Shown here one piece after another: positions 56,763 to 64,000 of a stretch of 64,000 nt of DNA. The position numbers and the translations under genes were made by a program. Within the stretch, counting starts at the first letter, position 1; each line of letters starts with the position of its first letter. The notes under the pieces are model-generated. The model did no database searches, was not told the DNA's origin, and saw only the letters and a program-made list of their open reading frames with translations. The DNA lies in assembly GCF_009914755.1 (NCBI RefSeq), contig NC_060925.1; one strand, 5' to 3'. Origin of the DNA: the human T2T-CHM13v2.0 reference genome, Homo sapiens.

Positions 56763-59559
56763 TGATTCTGTGGTGAGGAGGCTGGAGGAAGGTAGGGTGG
56801 AGGGGCAGAGGACCTGGAGGCTTCATGAGCAACTGGAGGGAGGTGCTGAAGAATGTGGGGAGGGCAGGTGAGCAGAGGATCCTCTGGGCCTTGTTCAGAA
56901 TGGTTTGCCCAGAGGGGTCTTCCCTGAGGATACCACTTGTGGGCAGAACCCAGGAGTGCTGCAGATACGGCTCCCGGAGAGTGAAGCCCTGGTTTTCTTG
57001 GGGTCCTCAGAAACAGAGGGAATCAAGTCACTTTACTGGCCCAAGGGAATGGAAATTAGGGGCCGAAACAAACATCTACTGGGATAAAATAAGTGGTGTG
57101 AGTGAGATTGCAGCCAGAAATGATCTCTGTGAACGTAGCTGGTCAGCAGAAGTATCTCGTGATAGAGACTCCATGTGGACAGCATGGAGGAAAGAGGAGA
57201 AGGGCAGCCTTTGGAGCCGAAAGCCCAGCTCTCCTGAAAGGCACAGCCATGGAGCAAGAGCCGAAAGCCTTTTATTTGGAGGCTGGCCTATTTCTTTATC
57301 GCTAAACCCACTTTGCCTGTTTCCAGAGCCTCCTGGCTTGCATGAGCAGAACGAACAGCCTTCCTCCTGGTCTAGGCACTCTTGCACCAGTGTAACCTGC
57401 AGCGTGGGGAGGTGGATTGCCATTCCACCTCTAGAGTTAGGGAGGGCGGGGCCCGTGCCAGGGGAATGGAGTCCAGTAATTACTGAGCAACCCCCCTGCT
57501 TACATTCCCTGCCGAGTTCTACATAAACAATCAGCTGAAAAGACTGTCCCCTTTTCATAGTTTTCACCGCTGGGTGTTTTCAGAAGCAATTTAAACACTG
57601 GCAAACATAAAGGGAAGCTTTTATCCCTTCTCTAACCACTGAAAGGAAGCCGTGGATTTAAACACCATATGAATGGTGGGGAACAGAGCCCAGAGACATA
57701 AAAGGTGGAGGGAAGGGTGAGATGTTGAAAGCCTGTGAGTTGACAGGGGGTAGAACACAGGCTAAGGTGATGGGATCGGAGCTTTGGAGGGTGAGGGAGG
57801 AGGAGGAGGGAAGAAACAGCTGGGTGCCAACCCCAGAAGGGCAGAAGGAAGGCAAACAGCTCTCCCGGGGAGGGAGGGAGGGAGGGAGGTGGGGGCAGGG
57901 GCGGAGGAAACCTGGGAGACTTCTGCACGGATGAAGTCACCACCTTTTTGGGAGGAGGATGAGAAAGAAGATGGCCTTTAGTTTGTATTCAAATCCAATA
58001 CACTATTTAGAACACAATGTACTAAATGTCATATACAATTTAATTGTGTGTAATTAAAATTCCTATCAGCTAGGGAGAGCCTGAGGCACGGGTGCTGCAC
58101 TTGCTGAAAGCCAGGACCGCAGAGTGTTCCACATCTCCTTCCCTTGTCGGTCTTTTGGCCCTAATTCCTCTCTGTCTTTTCCTCCCTTGCTTCTGTCTTT
58201 GTTCCTCTTGTCTCTGTCACCCTCCCCCCTCTTATTTCCTTCTTCCTCCTGTTTTGACCCCACAGGCAGCCTGGACTCTCACTCTGAAACAGCCAGGTGG
58301 CTCCCCTGCAGGAGGAGGGCTGTCGCTGCTGTCTGCAACCCCACCGGGCCTCCCAGAGCCGAGGTGACAGCCTGGGCCTCGGGGAAGCCCGTGTCTCATG
58401 GGCGGTTGTCCAGCTGCTCAGGCCTGCACAGGGGCGGGTCCCCTCCTAATCTTATCCTCACACAACCCTGGCAACCGCACAGGGCTGCCTGGTGTTTAGC
58501 AAGGGGAGGTGGAGTGTGGTCCTCCCCCAGGAGAGGCAGCAGGCGACTTCCCTATTGAAAACACAGCTGTGGCAAGGGAGATAGACAGGAAACCCGACCC
58601 AGCCCTCTGGCAGGGATTGCCGTGGGAGTGCCAACTACTGTGGAATAACAGGCCCAGCCCTGCAGGCTCGGGCACGCTGTGCTGTAGGCCACAGCAACCA
58701 CAGGCTCTGAGGCCTCTGGCCGCTCCAGGAGGGAGGGGTGCCGGGACAGAGACGCCCTCAGGCCTGGGAAGGCAAACTTGGAGGTGGGGTGGAGGGGACT
58801 TGAGGACTGGGTGATAAAACCTGGTTTAGTTATTAGTGGAGTTAAATTATTCATTTCCTTGCTCCCTTTAAGTCTCAGTTTCTTCATCTGAAAAATGGAT
58901 ACAGTACTTGCCCTACTTACTTAAACAGGCTGTTTTGAGGACTGTATGGATGATGCCTTCCCGAGTTAGACCTAGGTTCAAACCTGAAACCCTACTGTTG
59001 CCACATGTTAGCTGACCTTGGTCTCTGTTTTCTCACCTGGGAGGGACAAGACTACAACCTACTTCCTAGCACCCTGTTAAGGCTGGAATGAGCTAGTGTA
59101 GTGCCTGGTTTATTATAAATTTCTCAGTAAATGTTACCCATTGTCATCATCAAATGGGACAGTTTTGTGCAAGCATTTTGTAAACTATGGTGTGTTCTTT
59201 AAAAATGTAGGACATTATTCTTATGCAGACTGGCTGAAATTCTGGGCTCCAAGCGACATTTGGTAAAGGGATTCCTCTTCCAATTTCCTCTCCCCCTAAG
59301 AAAGTTCCCCTTTCCTCCTGCGGTCTTCTGGAGGCTTCAGCAGGAGACTGCTCCCATGACCCCCTCCCCTCCCCTCTCCTCCCCTCCTGTACCCACCTGC
59401 CTTCCATGTTTCCTCTAGAGCCCAGCTGAATTCCTCCAAGGAGTCATGTGTCACTAGTCCAACCCCACCTTAATCTTTTTCTGGGTTCTCCTGTGACTTA
59501 GTTGTAACTGGTCTTTGCATGCCGCTGCTTATAGATTCACACTGCTTGAGTTCAAAGCC

Positions 59560-59740
59560 CACATCTTAACTCTGTGACCTTGGGGTAAGTAATTTAACCT
59601 TGCTAGGCCTCAGTTTTCTTATCTGGGAAATGGGACATTGCAATAGCTATCTCATCAGGCTGTTTAGAGGATCAGATGAGACCCTGTTCCTGAGGTGGTC
59701 AGCATGATGCCTGACACATTGTAAGTGCTCAATGGAGGGC
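59560..59740 (+). mobile_element. MIR SINE
   Basis: TGTGACCTTGGG...GCCTCAGTTTTCTTATCTG. Confidence 0.75.
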
Positions 59741-59819
59741 AAGTATGGCTTTTATGCCACTGAGTGTTTAATATGAACGTTTTTATTCCCTGACTTGAGT
59801 GTAAGCTCTTTATTATTTT

Positions 59820-59895
59820 CCCTTTCCCTCCCTCCCTCCCTCCCTCCCTCCCTCCCTCCCTCCCTTCCTTCCTTCCTTCCTTCCTTCCTTTCTTG
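59820..59895. repeat. (CCCT)n(CCTT)n polypyrimidine tract
   Basis: Direct reading; flanked by direct repeat AGTGTAAGCT. Confidence 0.92.
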
Positions 59896-59937
59896 TGAGA
59901 GACAGGTCAAGTGTAAGCTTTTAAAGAGTGGATTATG

Positions 59938-60147
59938 AGCCTAGGCAACATGGCCAAACTCTGTCTCTACAAAAAATACAAAAATTAGCCAGGTATGGTA
60001 GTGCGCGCCTGTAGTCCAGGAGGCTGAGGTGGGAGGATTGTTTGAGCCCGGGAAGTCAAGGCTTCAGTGAGCTGTGTTCATGCCACTGCACTGTAGCCGG
60101 GGTGACAAAGCAAGACCTTGTCTCAAAAAGGAAAAAAAAAAAAAAAA
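59938..60147 (+). mobile_element. 5'-truncated AluJ-like element
   Basis: Alu middle A-box, right arm and poly-A. Confidence 0.9.
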
Positions 60148-60319
60148 GTCTTTTTTGCCATATCATGAATTGTGGTATACACGTAGTGGGTACTCAGGTA
60201 CCTTGAATACACTTTCCCCTTCATTTTGGTTAGGTTGTCTGTAAATCTGCAGAGTGACGTTACTTCACAATGATGACATATTACTTTTCTTTATTTTCAC
60301 AGGGGAGAGAACTAATATT

Positions 60320-60530
60320 TTAGTAAACACTTATTTTTGCATCATGCTGAAAACTTTTACATATTATCTCCTTTAACTTTCACAGGAAAATCAAACCCCT
60401 AGGGTAGGTGTAATTATCCCCATTTTACCCACAAGAAAACTAGGGCTCAAAAAGATTGAGTAACTTGACTAGGATTACGTAGCTGCCAGAGCTGGAATTC
60501 AGACTCAGGTCTGTTTGACTCTAAGATCTT
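60320..60530 (-). mobile_element. MIR SINE
   Basis: ATTATCCCCATTTTAC...GAAAACTAGGGCTCA...GAGCTGGAATTCAGACTCAGGTCTG. Confidence 0.7.
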
Positions 60531-61081
60531 GTTTCATTTTATTTAGATTGTTTGTGCCTTTCAGTAACACTGTCTTTGTAGAGCAGATTCTAAACTTTAA
60601 TTTTATTTACTGTTTATACCAACAGCATATGAACCATTGGCGTTCAATAAAATTGGTAAACTGCCAATTGATTACCAAAAAAATCTGGAGGTGCAAAGTC
60701 CTTTGAACAAGCCAAAGCTTTAACCGAAAATAGTACATTGATCCCTGTGACCTATTGCACTAAAAGTTTGGTTATTTCTCTTGAAATGATTGGCTTAAAG
60801 GCTTCATCTTGTTTGCCACTTTGGAAGTATACTCCCTCCCCTGCTCCCAGTTGGAAAGATTGCTCCCAAGACCCAAGCCTTTTTATTTTAAGGAATCTTG
60901 GTTTATACAATACTGAACAATTACGATCTTTCGAGAATGAATCTTTTGAAAATAGTGAATCTCTGAGGAATGAAATTCCTTTGTAACAAAGGCAGCTGAG
61001 TATTAAATAAACCAAAAAATCAGCAGTGAAGTGCTGTTGGTGTGTCACCAGGCCTGGGGCCACATTCCCATTCCTTACACT

Positions 61082-61133
61082 CATATGCACGCACACGCGC
61101 GCGCGCGCGCGCACGCACACACACACACACACG
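61082..61133. repeat. Alternating purine-pyrimidine tract with (CG)8 and (CA)n
   Basis: Direct reading; (CG)8 at 61096-61111. Confidence 0.95.
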
Positions 61134-61701
61134 GTCACTCCTCTTTGTCCCAGAACCGTGGGATGTAAAAGACTTCAGGCACAGTGATGAAGCTAGCACA
61201 TTCCGTTTTTACTGTCTTCCCTCCTTCCTCCTTCAGCCTTGGCTTCTGCTCTGCCAGGCCCCAGGGCCCTGCTCGATGCCACCCTCCTGGCCCCAGTGCA
61301 GAGGATCTGCTGGCAGTCCCCGCTGCTCAGTGGAGTTTTAGTCTGCATGTTACTCTGTAGGGCGTGTGCAAGGAGGGGAGGATGAGTGAGAGCTGAGATT
61401 GCATCGTCCCTGTTCTAAGGGCTTCCCTGAAGTTAAACCTGATACAGCCCTTTTAGGGTAACAATGTGAGATCAGAAGGGCAGCCAACAAGCCACGTGTC
61501 TAGCAGCCACCCTTGGGAAATGGAGTTGCTTGCTTTTCCATTAGACCCTTCTCCATACTAGAACTTCACATATGTTAAGCAATTAGACCATGCCCAGAAC
61601 TGGACTAGAGAGAAAGTGATCACATTTTAATTATCAACAAGCTCAGTATCTACACGTTGATGAGAAGTATTCATACTCATAAAAGAAGGAAGCACCAATT
61701 C

Positions 61702-61992
61702 TTTTTTTTTTTGAGACAGGGTCTCTGTCTCCCAGGCTGGAGTGTAGCAGTGTGATCACAGCTCACTGCAGCCTCAACTTCTTGGGGCTCAGGTGATCCT
61801 CCTACCTCAGCCTTCTGAGTAGCTGGGACCACAGGTGTGAGCCACCACACCTGGCTAATTTTTGTATTTTTTTGTAGAGACGGGGTTTCACCGTGTTGCC
61901 CAGGCTGGTCTCAAATTCCTGGGCTTGAGTGACCTGCTGGCCTCAGCTTCTCACAGTGCTGGGATTACAGGCATGAGCCACCATGCCCAGCC
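61702..61992 (-). mobile_element. Alu (AluJ-like)
   Basis: Antisense dimer. Confidence 0.94.
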
Positions 61993-62084
61993 ACCAGTTC
62001 TTATAAACGTATCAACATGTATGTATCCCTCCAGATCCAACAAACCAAATAGAGAATTGTAGCAACCCAGAAAAGAGCGGTGCA

Positions 62085-62340
62085 CGAGGCCAGGTGTTGT
62101 TAAGACACAGACTTGGAGCCAGACAGATCGGGTTCAAATCTTGACTCTGTCACTTAATAGCAATGTGACCCTGGGCAAGTGTCCTCTCTGTGCCTCAGTT
62201 TTCTCATTTGTAAATGAGGATAATAATAGTGCCTATGTTCTGGGGTTTGTTCTGAGAATTACATTAAATGGGTTAATATTTTTAAGGTGATTAAAATAGT
62301 GCCTAGCACATCATAAATTCTATTTAATGTTTGCCAAATA
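62085..62340 (+). mobile_element. MIR SINE
   Basis: GGGTTCAAATCTTGACTCTGTCACTT...TGTGACCCTGGGCAAG...GCCTCAGTTTTCTCATTTGTAAATG. Confidence 0.85.
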
Positions 62341-63780
62341 TATATGTGTATGCGATCTTTCTCTGGTGTATATGTATCCCCATGATGTTAGATGCTGCAG
62401 CCTGAGGGCCCATAGTTAAATCAAAATGCTTTTGAATATAACACAGTCTAAGCCCCAAAACTCACCTTCATCTCTGCTCTGTTATCAAGGGTGTCTGCAA
62501 GCAAGGGGTACCTGGTGTCTTGTCCTGTAGTTGGATTCTTGCTGAACTGCAGAAACCCCATAGACTTACCAGTGCGGGAGGCCAATTTATCTTTATACCT
62601 CAAGAGTTCAGGCTTCTTATTAAACTATGTATGTTCACATTTAGAGATATTTACTATGTGCAATGCACTGTGGTGATATGAAGATGAATAAGACTTAGTC
62701 CCTGCTCAGGAATGGTGTTTGTATTCCATATACAGGTTTGATACCTGAGGGCAAGGGGTTAAGCATTTCTGCATACGCTAGACAACTCCTCATTGTTTTA
62801 TAGGCTTTTCTCTCTGAAAGCAAAGTCCATTTCCCTGAATATCAGGAGAGGGCCATCTGCCATGCCAGAGTAGTGAATGAGAGGTATTTCCATTTGAGAC
62901 TGCTATTTTCTGGTATATGTATGTTTTGTGAGAATCTACTCCTGAAATGTATTTGGCAATAGATAAATTTATAAAATAGAAGCTAGGTGGCTTGAGATAA
63001 AACATGTCCTTCTCTTCTTTTCCCCACAAAGTTTTCCTTTCTCTCCAATCCTTCAGATATGTTTTTTTCTAGACAATGATCATTAAAGCCAGATGTGGGC
63101 CTTTTCAAACTCACAACATGGCACAGGCTCAGATCTGGGAGAGTTGTAAATTCTTCTGGCATTTGAAGGGGCAGGCTTTCCCAGTAAAGACAGAAATATT
63201 CGGACTAGCACAGTTGGATTTTATACTGTATTTGTCTGTGTCTTAATTGGAATTCCTAAGATGTGATTTTTAACTTAATGGTCAATGACTTAGGTTGCAG
63301 TCTGTAGAATGGGGCCATGGACCATTAGTTATACCCTGTGCAGGAACTCTTTATGATAAAATATTGCTGTAACTTTCTGTTAATCTTACTTCCAGTTCCT
63401 TCCTGCTTTATTCCATAAAACATCTTGCCCAGTTTAGTTTCCTAAGCATAGCTCTGATAAAATTACTCTCCTCATGAAACTTCAATGATATCCCATTACT
63501 TAGAGTATCAAATATATCTTTAATTCAACATTCTTCAAAATATAGTACAACTCTAACTTCCAGCTTCTCCCACTAATCATATATGGTTTGTCATAATCAT
63601 ATGGATATAAATGTATGTATATATGTATTCCTGTATTCTAGCCAATGAGACTTTGTTTATTAAACACGTGATATATGTGAGGTACAGTATTAGACCCTGG
63701 GGGGTTCAAAGATAACTACGATTTTTATTCTAAAGTAGTTTAGGGTTTAGTAGCAGAACTAGGCATTTGAGTAAAAGCTA

Positions 63781-64000
<220 letters not shown>

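Noticed and set aside
60270-60350. ATGATGA...CTGA box C/D-like spacing
   Set aside because: No terminal stem or recognisable guide, and the 3' part overlaps a MIR.

Overview
Human-like (primate) non-coding genomic DNA, very rich in interspersed repeats: about 50 Alu/FLAM/FRAM copies, old L1M/L1PB fragments, L2, MIR, MLT1/MLT2/MER57 LTRs, a complete THE1 element, and Tigger, hAT and piggyBac relics. I find no credible protein-coding exon, CpG island, tRNA/rRNA or CRISPR array, and I cannot name the locus. Nearly all listed ORFs are Alu, L1 or LTR by-products. There are weak signs of a + strand spliced non-coding transcript ending near 14.4 kb. The most striking structure is a non-Alu inverted repeat: arms 51209-51435 and 52914-53160, about 92% identical. 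All 11 unambiguous transitions between the arms become G-U wobble pairs in a + strand RNA, and the spacer is bracketed by a plausible splice donor and acceptor, so this is a candidate long (possibly intron-spliced) hairpin RNA. The second notable structure is a nested L1 cassette at 27.1-32.3 kb. Two sets of target-site duplications now lie in inverted orientation, which records a transduction or nested insertion followed by a ~4.6 kb internal inversion. Repeat families were assigned by eye from remembered consensus sequences. Boundaries are approximate (about +/-10-30 bp) except where TSDs are quoted.
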